DNA of 64,000 nt from Mobula birostris (Eukaryota), in assembly GCF_030028105.1 (NCBI RefSeq), contig NC_092379.1:46734150-46798149 (forward strand). The letters are read 5' to 3'. The notes under the pieces are model-generated. The model saw only the letters and a list, made by a program, of their open reading frames with translations, searched no databases and was not told the origin of the DNA. The translations under genes and the position numbers were made by a program. Numbering within the stretch: position 1 is the first letter of the stretch; every line of letters begins with the position of its first letter. Below, piece by piece: positions 34,738 to 46,505 of this stretch.

Positions 34738-37700
34738 CCATAAGGCCATGACATTGGAGCAGAATTAGGCCATTCGGCTCAACGAGTATGCTCCGCCATT
34801 TCATCATGGCTGATCGATTTCCCTTTCAACCATATACTCCTTCCTTCTCCCTGAAACCTTTCACGCCAAGACTTATCAAGAATCCATCAACCTGAGCTTT
34901 AAATACACTCAATGATCTGGCAACGAAACCCACAGATTTACCACCCTCTGGCTAAAGAAATTCATCCTCATCTCCTTTCTAAATGGACGTCCCTCGGTTC
35001 TGACGTTGTGCCCTCTGATTCTAGACTCCCTCACAACAGGAACCATATTCTCCTCGTCCACATTATTTAGGCTTTTCCACGTTTGATACGTTTCAACGTG
35101 ATCACCCTCTTATATTTACTAAATTCCAATGAATACAGGCCAGAGCCATCAAACGCTCCACATCTGATAGACGTTCAAACTCGGAATCACCTTTGTGAAT
35201 TTCCGTTGAACTTTCAACAATGTCATCACATCCTTTCTAAGATAAGAGGCCCCAAACTGCTCACTGTATTCCACATGAGGCTTTACCAGTGTCTTATAAA
35301 GCGTTACATCCTTGATTTTATATTCTAGACCTCTCAAAATGAATACTAATATTGAATTTACCTTCCTCATCACCGATTCAACTTCCAATTAATCTTTAGA
35401 GGAATCCTGCACAAGGACACCCAAGTCCCTTTACATCACAGATTTATTTTCAATTTTCTCCTCATTCAGAAAGATAGTCTAGGCTTTAATTCGTTCTACC
35501 GAAGGCCATGACCATACACTTTGTCTTCGTATTACAACTGCCACAGCTTTGCTCATTTTCCTGATCCGTCTAAGTCTTTCTGCAGACTCCCTGTTTTCTC
35601 AACACTACCCGACTCTCAGCATATCTCGAATCCTCCGCACACGGCCACAAAATCATCAACTCCGTCATGCAATTCATTGGCATATAACGTAAAAAGAAGC
35701 GGCCCAACAGACCACTGTAGAACACCAGTCACGGCAGGCAATCAATAAAGACTTGCATTATTCCCACTCTTTGCCTCCTGCCAATCAGCTAATGCTCTAT
35801 CCATGCTGGTATCTTGCCCGTAATGCCGAGGCTACTTCTTCAAAGAGTTCTAAATGATTTGGGAGGATTTTTCCCTTAAGGAAACTATGCTTCTAAGAAC
35901 CCTGAAGCCTCAGCCTTAACAATGGAATCAAACATTTTCCAACCACTGAGGTAAGGTTAACTGGCCTATAATTTACTTTACTCAGCCTCCCTCCTTTCTT
36001 GAAGAGTGGAGTGACATTTGCAATTTTCCAGTCCTCCGGAATCATGCCACAATCTAGTTATTCTTGAAAGATCACTGCTAATTCCTCCACGATCTCATCA
36101 GCTACCACTTTTAGAACCCTCGGCTGTCGTCCATTTAGTCCAGATGACTTATCTACCTGCAGCCTTATCAACTTTCCAATCACCTTCTCCCTAGTAATAG
36201 CAACTGCACTTACTCCTGCTGCATGACACATTCGGGTATCCAGCATACTGCCAGTGTCTTCCACAGTGACAACTGATGCAAAATACTTAATCAATTCGTC
36301 GGTCATTTCCTTGTCCACCATTACTAGCTGTCCAGTGTCATTTTCATGTGGTTTGATATCTACTCTAGCCTCGTTTTTACTCTTTATATATCTGTAAATA
36401 ATGGTATGCTCTTTGATATTATTGGCTAGTTGATATTCATGTTTAATATTTCCGCTCCTTATGGATGGGGTTTTAGTTGCTTTCTGTTGATTTTTAAAAG
36501 CTTCGCAACCCTCTAACTTCCTGCAATATTAGCTCTGATTTTTTTTTTGTTGGTTAGGACTCCCTTATCAGATGCAGTTATGTCGTCCTGCCTAAGAACG
36601 CTAATTCTTTGGGATGTATCAACCCTGCGCCTTCCGAATTGCTCCCAGAAATTCCAGCGATTGCTGTTCTACCGTCATCCCTGTTCGTGTCGGCTTTCAA
36701 TAAAACTATTGCCAGTTCCTCTCTCGTGCCTCTATAGTACCCTTTACACCTCTTGTAATACTGATACACGTGACCTTAGCTTCTCCCTCTCAAATTGCAG
36801 GTTGAATTCTGTTATGATCACTGCCTCCCAAAGTTTGCTTTACCTTGAGCCCCTTAACCATTTCCAGTTAATTTCATAACACCAAATCCTGAATAGTTGA
36901 TATCCTAGTGGTTTGAACCACAACCTGCTGTAAATGTCATACCATAAGTATTCTAAAAATTCTCTCTCTTGGGATCCAAAATCAGCACCAGCCAGGTTTA
37001 CACAGTCTATCTGCATACTTCAATTTCCCATGAATATCATAACATTGCCTTTTGGAAATGCATTTTCTATCCCCCGTTATAATTTGCAGCCCACATCCTG
37101 GAGGTCTGTAGGTATCTCCCGTCAATGCCTTATTACCCTTGCTGTTCCTTAACTCTACCTATAACGATTCTACATCTTCGATCCTGTATCACCTCTTTCT
37201 CAGGATTGAATTTAATTTTCTCCCAACAGAATCACACCATTCCCTCTGCCTACCTGCCTGTTCTTTCCTTACAATGTGTATCCTTGGGTGCTAAGCTCCC
37301 AACTATAATCTTCTTTCAGCCACGACTCAGTGATGCCTATATCGTCATATCTGCCAGTCTCAAACTGCGCCACAAATCATCTACCTTATTTCGCAAACTG
37401 CATGCATTCAAATATAAGATCTTCTGTCCAGTATTCATAACCATTTTTGCATTTGACCCCTGTTACACTGCAACTCACTGACTGTCATTTTGCCCAATCA
37501 TCTACTTGACCTTCTTGACAATCCCACTGCACACTGCCTCTGCTTACATACCAGCTGCCACATCCTCAGCACTATCTCACAGTTTCCCATCACCTTGCCA
37601 AGTTAGTTCAAACCCTCTTCAACAGCTCTTGCAAACATTCCGCAAGTATATTGGTCCCCAAAACGCTCCTATTGTGTAGGTCATCCAGAAGAGATCCCAA

Positions 37701-38176
37701 TGATCCATAAATCTTAAACAGTGTTCCTTCACTAGTTCCTCAGCCATACATTCACCTGCTTAACCATCCTACTTTTAACCTCACTGTGGCGTAGCACAGG
37801 CAGAACTCCAAAGAGTACAACGCTAGAAGTCCTGGTTTTCAGCTTTTTACTAAGCAGTTTAAATTCTCAGTTCAGGTCTCCTCCCTTCTCCTACCTATGC
37901 CATTGGTGCTACTAAGTACCAAGACTTCTGGCTGCTCATCTTCCCCCTTTAAAATCCTATGGATCCATTCTAAGATGTCTCTGACACTGGCACTTAGGAA
38001 GCAACATACCATCCGTGTGCCTTTATCGTGTCCACAGATGCTCGCGTCAACTGATCCTATCACTAGTTCAGTCCGCTTCTGCCCCCTTCCTCTCTGAGCC
38101 ACAGCAGCAGATGCGGTGCCAGAAACCCTATCGCTGCGGTTTCCCCCTGCTGGTAGGTCGTCGTACTGCACCACAC

Positions 38177-38235
<59 letters not shown>

Positions 38236-38720
38236 AGATCCAAAATGATATACTTATTTTTGAGGGGAACAGCCACAGAGGTATTCTGCATTGGCTGCCC
38301 ATTTTGTTTCCTTCTCCTGACAGTCGCCAAGCTTAGGGGTGACCACTCCCTGTAGGTACAATCTCTCACCTCCTTATTTTCCCGTATGAGCCGAAGGTCA
38401 ACGAGCTGCAGCTCCAGTTCCACAGCACGTTCTCTGAGGAGCTGAAGTTCGGTGAACCTGATACAAATGTGGTTATCCAGAAGGCTGGAGGTCTCCCAGA
38501 GTTCCACTTCTCACACAAAGAACACAACACGTCCCTGGAGCAATCCTCACTGCTCTCTGTACCAACCGAGGAAGAATATAGAAGAAGAAAGTAACCTGAT
38601 ACTTACCTCGCACAAGTGTGTTGTCGCTCAAGCCTGGTGAGTCAAATCCTCCCTACTCCAACACTGCTCTACTTACACAATGACTACTCTGCTTGTCGCT
38701 TCCTCGTTTTTATTTGTTCA
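34738..38720 (-). mobile_element. Long CR1 LINE remnant (ORF1 esterase, EN, RT) in the J-C1 intron
   Basis: ORF1 ELQLLRERAVELE...MVCCFLSASVRD...EQPEVLV; ORF2 EMTDELIKYFASV and LYKTLVKPHVEYSEQF. Confidence 0.9.
38178..38233. repeat. (CA)n microsatellite inside CR1 ORF1
   Basis: Perfect AC run. Confidence 0.95.
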
Positions 38721-39559
38721 CTTTCCCACCCCATGTAAACTGCGCAGGTGATCGAAAGTTGGTTAGTAGTACAGTAATGCGTAAGAGAAGGCCCAGAAGG
38801 AATGAGGCTTTTAACCCCATAGTATCCAATGTGAGCCCAACCTCCTGCATCTTGCAAACTGTAGGGAACCATGCATTTTCAAAATAGGATCACAGTTGTT
38901 GCCTGCACGCACGCTTCAGACAGTGACTTCATAACTCCAGCGACATTATGGATGTGATTTCCCATCCCATTTCCCTCAACTGGTGCAACTATTAAATTAA
39001 ATCTGCTCACCAACTCTCCTCACCCTTGGCTTCTGACTCCTTTGCTTACACTCAAGGCAAGAATTCAAATATACAAATTAGGAAATGGACCTGGCCATCC
39101 CGTCGCAGATCCTACTTTTCCACTTCACCAGCGTCAGTCTTATTATGAGCTCAAACCTTCACTCCCCACCCGTGATATGTGATTGCCTTTTGCTTTGTAT
39201 GTACGCATCCGTCTCTGCTTTAAAATGTTTTGCAATAACCTCTTACTGCATTTAAATAATTTCAACATTTGTAATACACTACGAGAGAAAAGAAAACTTT
39301 ACCTAGACTTTGTCATAAAAGAGGAACCCCACATTTATGCTCCAGTTTCCTCCCTCATCCCAAAGCCGTGCAGTTGGTTAGTTAATTGTCAAAAAAGTAC
39401 AGCTCACAGTGCTTAGAACAATGAAAGAACTTGGGTGGAATTGTTGTGATTGTGGAGGCGAATAAACCAAAATTGATTCATGTAGAATTAGTGTAAATGA
39501 CTTGTATAAGTTCGGCACACATTCGGTGGATCGAAACACGTGTTTCTATATTTTTCGCT

Positions 39560-40140
39560 TATTGCCTTTATTTTATTCAGAGATATAGCACAGAAAGGAC
39601 CTTCTTTCGCAACTAGTCACGCCTCCCTGCAACTCTCCTTTTTAATCCTAACCTAACCATAGGACAATTTACTAACTGGTCTGTAGGAGTTAATTAGAGT
39701 ATCGGGAGGAAACCCACACGGTCTCGGGAGACCAAGCAAACTCCTCAGAGACGGGGCCAGTACTGAACTCCAAAATCAGACTCGCCGAATGACAATAGCG
39801 TTGCGATAACTGCTGAGCTACCGTGTGCCTTCTACTTCTCCAAAACTCTTTCTAAATATCCATGTTGCCTTCGTCCTTATCGTTTAGACCAATTATAAAT
39901 ATTTGGGACCCAACACCTATCCATGTGATTCTAGCGAGCAGTTGGAATAACGCAATTACAGTGTCAGCTATAAGACTGGGGTTCAATTCCCGTCTGTCAG
40001 GAGTTTGTACATTCTTGTCCGTCATTACGCTTAGGGTTAGTGAGTGTGGGCGTGCTATGTCGGCGCCGGAAACGGTAATTTTTGCAGGCTGCCCAGTATA
40101 TTCCTGGCTAATTTGATTTGACACAAACGGCGCATTTCAC
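39560..40140. mobile_element. Two SINE remnants (minus ~39560-39825; plus ~39930-40140)
   Basis: tRNA-like heads (GGGGTTCAATTCCC) and the GGAGTTTGTACATTCT / AAACCCACACGGT cores typical of elasmobranch SINEs. Confidence 0.6.
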
Positions 40141-40489
40141 GAGTTTGCTTCAGTTTCATCCCACCGGGCACTGGAAATTGTCTCTCGTAGTGTAAAACGG
40201 GATACTTAATGGGCAGGGTGGACTTGGAGAATTAAAGTGGCATAATGATCAATGCTATCTAATGCCAGGTTCATCTCAGCGGGCACACTGTAAACTTGCC
40301 ATGTTGATTCCCACATTCAGTACACCTCGACACTCATCAACATTAAGGTGCAGTTTGAAAAAATGTAATTGTGCAGATTATAAAATACAGTGTTGTGTGC
40401 TATGGGCAGATTGACGACGTTTCAGATATGATCACCTTTTAACAAACTTTGCACTACTCGTATTTTTGCTGCGAGTATTAAGTACATCA

Positions 40490-41420
40490 TGATCATCAAA
40501 GTGCAAAGTTCAAAGTATAATCAAAGTACATATACGTCATTATATACAAGCCTGAAGTTAATTTTCTTGCGGGTATTCATATTAAATGAATTTCATTGAT
40601 ATGATTGAACAGAATAAAATCAATGAAAACCGGTACACATCAAGATGAACAACCAATGGGCAAAACACAAACTGTGCAAATCAATTTAAAAAGCAAATAA
40701 AATAACAATAATAAATAAATAAACAATAAACATCGACAACATGAGATGATTTTTTTACAGTGAGCTGTGGTTTGTGGGAAAGGCTCAGGATCAGGGTGAA
40801 TGAAGTTGAGTGAAGGTATCCTTTCTGGTTCAAAAACATGATCTTGAAGGGGTAATAATTGTTTCTGAATCTGATGGTTTGGGTTCTGAGGCTTTTGTAC
40901 CTCCTTTCTGATCGCGGTAGCGATAAGAGAGTGTCGCCCGGATGGCGGCGGTCCTTGAAGATAAATACTGCTTTCCTGTGACAGCCATCCATATAGATGA
41001 GCTTAATGGTGGGCGGGGGGGGGGGGGGGGGGGAAGATTTACTCGTAATGCACTGGCCGGTATCCACAACCTCTTTTGTAGGCTTTCCACTAAAGAGCAT
41101 TGGTATTTCCAATAGTATATTCTGCCACATATCTACATAAGTTTGTTAACGTTTTAGGTGACATGCTGAATCTTCTCAAACTTCTAAGAAAGCAGTTCCA
41201 CTGCTATGTTTTCTTTCTAATGACACTTACGAGCTTGGATTCCGTGTAGGTTGAGGAATTTGAAGTTGGTGATTCTCTCCCAAGATGAGGACTGGCTGAT
41301 AGACCCGCGGTCTGTTCCTCCTGCAGTCAATAATCAGCTCCTTGGTGTTGCTGACATTGAGTGAAAGATTGTTATTCTGGCAGCTGGATTTTCAATCTTT
41401 CTTCTCTGTGTTGCTTCGTG
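40490..41420 (-). mobile_element. Rex1/Babar 3' fragment
   Basis: KDRRHPGDTLLSLPRSERRYKSLRTQTIRFRNNYYP; NNLSLNVSNTKELIID. Confidence 0.8.
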
Positions 41421-41744
41421 ACCACCTTTGAAACGCCAAGAGTTTATCAGGCGAAATTTCAAGATACCATTCAACGTACACGAAATATTCACTGTAAGCT
41501 CTGATACCATTATACTGAAGGAAATACCGCAGCTTGAATACCTTCAGCCAAAACGTCTCAGAAGCGCTAAGCTCTTGAAGTAAGGAATATTATAGTTGTC
41601 TTATGCTTAACAAGATCTCACGAAGAAAAACGTAAAATTGATCGAATTATTTAAACTATGTTTCTGAGATGAATATTTTGCAGGACAGTGTTAAGTGTCT
41701 AACCAAATCAGTAGAAGTAAGTCTTGTATTTTTGTTAATTTTAG

Positions 41745-42065
41745 CAAGGCAACCGATACCACCAAATATCAATCTTGTCTATTCTGCAACTGACGAACAA
41801 AAGGCACGGGGTTCTGTGGAATTGATTTGTCTCATGAGCGAATACCTACCTGAAAACATCGCAGTGAGCTGGCAGAAAAACGGACAAGCCGTACAGTCCG
41901 GCTTTATCACCAGACCTCCGGCTAAAACATCAGACGAAACGTTTACGTCAGCAAGTGTGCTCAAAGTGCCTGTGAACGAATGGGCCAGTGGTGCTGTGTA
42001 CACGTGCCAAGTATCCCACTCTGCAACCAGCAGCAACATCCGCAAAGGAATACGAGCTGAGTCAG
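41745..42065 (+). CDS. IgNAR: IgNAR C1 exon
   Basis: TTTTAG|CA, ARQPIPPNINLVYSATDEQKARGSVELICLMSEYLPENIAVSWQKN...WASGAVYTCQVSHSATSSNIRKGIRAES, G|GTGAG. Matches nurse shark C1 motifs (SATEEQ, ENIAVSWQKN, CQVSHSATSSN). Confidence 0.96.
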
Positions 42066-42898
42066 GTGAGAGGGAGTTCCCAATTTACAGGTGAAATATT
42101 TCCACTTTCATCCTCAGTTTTACAGTTGTTGGGTTGTGATCATTTATCAAAGAGAATTAAAAAGAACCAGACTAATAAAGGTTGAGATGAACGTCAATAT
42201 AAAGTTTGGATAAGGGACAGACAGGAATGTGATTCTGAAGGTTTAGGGAGCAAATATGAAATATCAGAGGTAAGAATTCCAAACAAATCTTGGAAACTGT
42301 AGTTACAATATGTCATGGTGCGTCATTGAATATTGTTTTCCGATCACGTTAATGCATCGAATAGAATTTGTGTATCCGAAACGATTCTAAGGAATCCGGG
42401 CATCTTAAAAGAGAAGCAAGGGCAAGGGATGAGGAAATCTGCTGCGATCCTCTTTAAATTTCGCAACACGTTAGGGCTGATATGTTATATTTCTGGCTGG
42501 AATAGCATGCAATAAGGAAAGTGTTGGAAAAGAAATAAATGAAAGGAAGAAAGTAGTCGAGGCAGCCACCGGAAGACTTCAACAGTTAAACCTCGTGCTA
42601 AACTGGTCTTTCATTTTTGCATAAATACATGGAATGATCTTAGACGCTGCCTTTTTCCATCTAATATTCGCTTCCACATTCTAACTTTCTGTGTTCTGTC
42701 CTCGCTCAGTCTGCCTCTCTGGCTAGCTCCATACCTCTGACTATTCTGCCACAAGCCACTCCGGTATTTTATCATGTCGTCCTTTCAGGGAATGTCCGAA
42801 TGTATCCGTCCCTTCGCCCTTCTTTATTATTAAATTGAAATCATTGCTAAGTTTCAGGTTCGTCATCAATAAATCATCCTCTCAATTTTGTGTTCTAG

Positions 42899-43201
42899 GT
42901 TTCGCATTGTTTCTCAGAGATCCTACCGTTGAAGAAATGTGGATAAACAAAACTGCCACACTGGTGTGTGAAGTGATCGCCACAACTCCAGCTGAGGTTT
43001 CCATCTCTTGGACAGTGGGTGGGAAGGAAAGGGCTGATGGTGTTCAAACAGAACAAGCAGCTAAGATCGGAAGTCAGTACATGACAGTCGGCCGTTTGAC
43101 CAGCAGCGTGGCCGAGTGGGACAGCGGGGTAGAATACTCCTGCTCGGTGCAGGACAATCAATCAGCTGCTCCCTTATCAGAAAGGACACGAAACGCAAAA
43201 G
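42899..43201 (+). CDS. IgNAR: IgNAR C2 exon
   Basis: TTCTAG|GT, GFALFLRDPTVEEMWINKTATLVCEV...RLTSSVAEWDSGVEYSCSVQDNQSAAPLSERTRNAK, G|GTGGGT. LRDPTVEE.W is the IgNAR C2 signature. Confidence 0.96.
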
Positions 43202-43517
43202 GTGGGTGCAATAGCAACAATCGAAATGCAAAGCAGTGCAGATGCAGAAAGAGGAACAGAAACTGCTGAAAGTCAGTCAGCAGATTGCAGAGGAAAACAG
43301 GCATGGTGGTGAGCGAGTTGGCCTCTGGTAGAGTTGTAAGGCATTATATAATTCAGGGGAAGACGGGCCTTGCGATAATTAGTGCACCGATAAAGTTCCC
43401 CCAATGCATTATTAAACGAAATGTTGGAAATATAGGGTCCTAGAACATAGGGGCAGCCTCTTCGGCCCAGTAAAACAGAGTGCGCATCGGCACTAACGAA
43501 TTCTACATTTTTTAAAC

Positions 43518-43614
43518 AACACACATCAAAGTTGCTGGTGAACGCAGCAGGCCAGGCAGCATCTCTAGGAACAGGTACAGTCGACGTTTCAGGCCGAGAC
43601 CCTTCGTCAGGACT
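43518..43614. mobile_element. Young isolated Penelope-type terminal repeat in the C2-C3 intron
   Basis: ACACACATCAAAGTTGCTGGTGAACGCAGCAGGCCAGGCAGCATCT..., same family as 893-936. Confidence 0.75.
43579..43614 (-). ncRNA. Minimal type I hammerhead ribozyme in a Penelope-type terminal repeat
   Basis: Minus strand AGTC-CTGACGA-AGG(GTCTCGG)CCT-GAA-ACGT-C-GACT: stem I AGTC/GACT, intact core, 3-bp stem II, palindromic stem III, GUC cleavage triplet. Confidence 0.8.
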
Positions 43615-44029
43615 ACATTTTTTAAAAATTGTTTTGTAGTTTCAACAACTCCTCACAGACTCTACTCTCCACCTCCACATTAAGAGTAAGTTATACTAGT
43701 CAACGTAGCAAGCACCTGCATGTTCGCCGACATGGGAATTGAAGAATCTAAATTAAACGCGAGCAGTCACTCGACAACCGTATAAAATCCAGCGGAGCAG
43801 ATCAATACTGAAACCAGGTTTCTAGAGATTTGCGTCAGATATACTAATAGCGGTATCCCTGTGCTACCACACTCAATTATCGCAAAGTCATAAAATCACA
43901 CAACACAAATACATCTGGTCCTCTGAAATCCATATTAAAAGCTGTTTCACATCTATCTCAATCCAATGTGTAGTAACAGAAAATAATTCTTTAAATATCT
44001 TTCCTACTTCAGTGATCGTCCAAATATTT

Positions 44030-44600
44030 TCTCAATGTAGTGACCACGTCCACGTCCAGCATGATTCAGATATCAACAATTTCCTTTGATATACCTTTCC
44101 CTAAAGCTCCTTCTCTTAACTTAAGCATGTGTTCTCTTTGGATTTCATAGCCTAGTAATAAGGAACGATTTTGTCTATTTAGCCTATCTTTGTCGCTAAT
44201 AATTGTATCTGGTTTCATTGGGTCACTCCTCAGTTCCCTTCACTCCAGAGAAAACAAGCCCAGCCTATCCAATTGCTCGCCATAATTGAGGTTCTCCAAT
44301 CCAGTTAACATACAGTTGAATATCATATGCACCCTTTCCAGCGCATTTATCTTATAAAGCGGCGACCAGAACTGAACTCCGTATTTCAAACGGGAGTGCA
44401 CGAGTGTTTGGTAAATTTAAAACAGAATTTCCCAACTTTCACGTGCTAAACCCCGATCTAAGAAGGCAAGTATGTCGTGATCCTTGGTCAACATTCCACC
44501 TAGCGGTGCTGCCGCTTTCAGGGTACTATGGACTTGAACTACAATATCTCTCTGTTCATAAACGTTTCTTAATAAAGAGCTATTAAAGTTCATCTGCCGC
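44030..44600 (-). mobile_element. Degenerate CR1 fragment
   Basis: VQVHSTLKAAAP...DHDILAFLDRG and LDRLGLFSLE remnants. Confidence 0.7.
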
Positions 44601-45027
44601 CGCACGTGCAACTTTCTATTTGATCTGTGTCGTGTCACAGGTTTAGACACCAAGCCTCACGATTCAGCAAGTTTAGTGTCAACCATAACCTGAAAAATTA
44701 TACTTCCTATAAGCACATGGAAATGGTTATTTCTATCACGAACAACAAAGATCACAGGACTGTGGTACGCCGCACGCAGCATAATTCCGAACAGAAAGTT
44801 ATTGTCGCCATTACCCTTAGTAGCTCACTAACAAGTAGACTGCTCACCATGGAGTCTTAAACAACTTGACAAGCGCTTTGTTAGAAATCTTGTCAAATAG
44901 AAAGGGGGCAATGTTTCTTCTCCGGAGATCCTACAAGTCCAGCTGATTATTTGCACCGTTTCATTTCAACCACATTTCGTAAAAAGACAGTTTTTGGAGA
45001 TTAACACTGGTCGACCTTCTCTTGCAG

Positions 45028-45345
45028 CCAAAGCAGTGGAACCAAGGGTACGCCTCATGCCCCCGTCTCCAGAGGAGATTAAAACTGTGGGTATCGTTAC
45101 GCTCACATGCATGATAACGGGATTCTACCCCGATGACATAACCGTTTTGTGGCAGAAGGACGGAGCCGCATTCTACTCGAACGCTACCAGCTTCCCCACT
45201 GCACTTCAACAGGACATGACCTTCAACACCAGAAGCCTCCTTTACTTGACTTCAGCCGATTGGAAGAAGGACGCAACATACTCCTGTGTCGCCACGCACC
45301 CACCTTCACAATCTACTGTGAAAGCAAACATCAGGACCCCGAAAG
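45028..45345 (+). CDS. IgNAR: IgNAR C3 exon
   Basis: CTTGCAG|CC, AKAVEPRVRLMPPSPEEIK...FPTALQQDMTFNTRSLL...CVATHPPSQSTVKANIRTPK, G|GTAAG. Confidence 0.96.
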
Positions 45346-45799
45346 GTAAGTACAATTTGCCAAAAGGCTCACATCCATTCCGTGCTTTGCATCCCAGTCA
45401 AGAGATAAAAATACAACAAAGGTCGGCAATAAGCAGATTGAAACGATCATTGTAATGTACTATAGTTGTAATCAGACCTCTCTGGTGGTCCGCTAAAATA
45501 ACATATATGAGCGTCAACTAAAATTCATGAGATGTAATCGGATCTCTGTTGAACCTGAGAAGCCAAGCTGCATTATAATATTAATTTGCCTCACCAATAG
45601 GAGCTAAATAGGGTAAAGCTGAAGGAATGTGTACGTACATTAAATGCTGAATGACAATATGACTGGAGTCCATTCTTGGCGTTTCTGATTATATTCTAAG
45701 ATTGTTTAATGGACCACACTTGTAAACAGACTTGTTTAAGCTCAAGTGGAGTATAATCAATACATTCGGATTAGTGTAGTAATAGCTCACAGGTAATAG

Positions 45800-46060
45800 A
45801 CCGATGGTTTAGCGATGAGTCTCCGATGTGTTTGGCATGAATAACTGGGTGGGGCCATCCTCTGTCAGGATTTTGTACGTCCTCTCTGTGCAATGCGTGG
45901 ATTTCCTCCTATTACTCCGATTTCCTTCCACAGTCCGAAGATTTACCGGTTACTAAGTTAATCGGTCATTGTAAATTGTCCAGTGATTAGGCCAGGATTA
46001 TATCGGGAGTTGCTGGGCGCTGCCCGAATGGCCGGAAGGTCCTATTCTGCCTTATATATT
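45800..46060 (+). mobile_element. SINE remnant
   Basis: GGATTTTGTACGTCCTC...GATTTCCTTCCACAGTCCGAAG...GTCATTGTAAATTGTCC core. Confidence 0.6.
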
Positions 46061-46505
46061 AGAATATTTAAAGAAATGTAGGTCCAACTAACTGATGTGA
46101 GTCACAGTTAAGTAAGTATTGAAATCCTCCGTACCATCAGCAGCTATTCGATCTGGACTGGAGAAAAAATGTCTGAGTGTCAGTTTTTTTTCTCTCGCAT
46201 GGTGTTGATGGTCCTCGGCCTGGATCTCACAACAAAACATAACATCCACGACTATCTACGGGGAGTTTAAGGATTTCAGACGTAGCTGTTTTATGGAGAA
46301 ACTGAAATGTAATTCACAGGAAGCTGCGAAGTCAACATAGTTCTGTCAATCGCTTGGACCATTAGATCCCATTATACAGCGAACCATGATGCATTCATTT
46401 AGTGATACAGCGCAGAGTAGGCTATTTCTGTCTTTCGAGCAACGTCACCCCAATAGCTGCACAAACCTGATTAACCCTAACCTAATTCCGGGTGAATTTT
46501 ACAGT

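Noticed and set aside
37897-38355. His/Thr- and Val/Cys-repeat ORFs
   Set aside because: Translations of the CA microsatellite within CR1 ORF1.
32820-41744. Class-switch region or additional J segments in the J-C1 intron
   Set aside because: I saw no tandem AGCT/GGG switch-like array and no further RSS plus GxG motif. The intron is mainly CR1, SINE and Rex1. An enhancer in 32900-34700 is possible but unsupported beyond one near-octamer.
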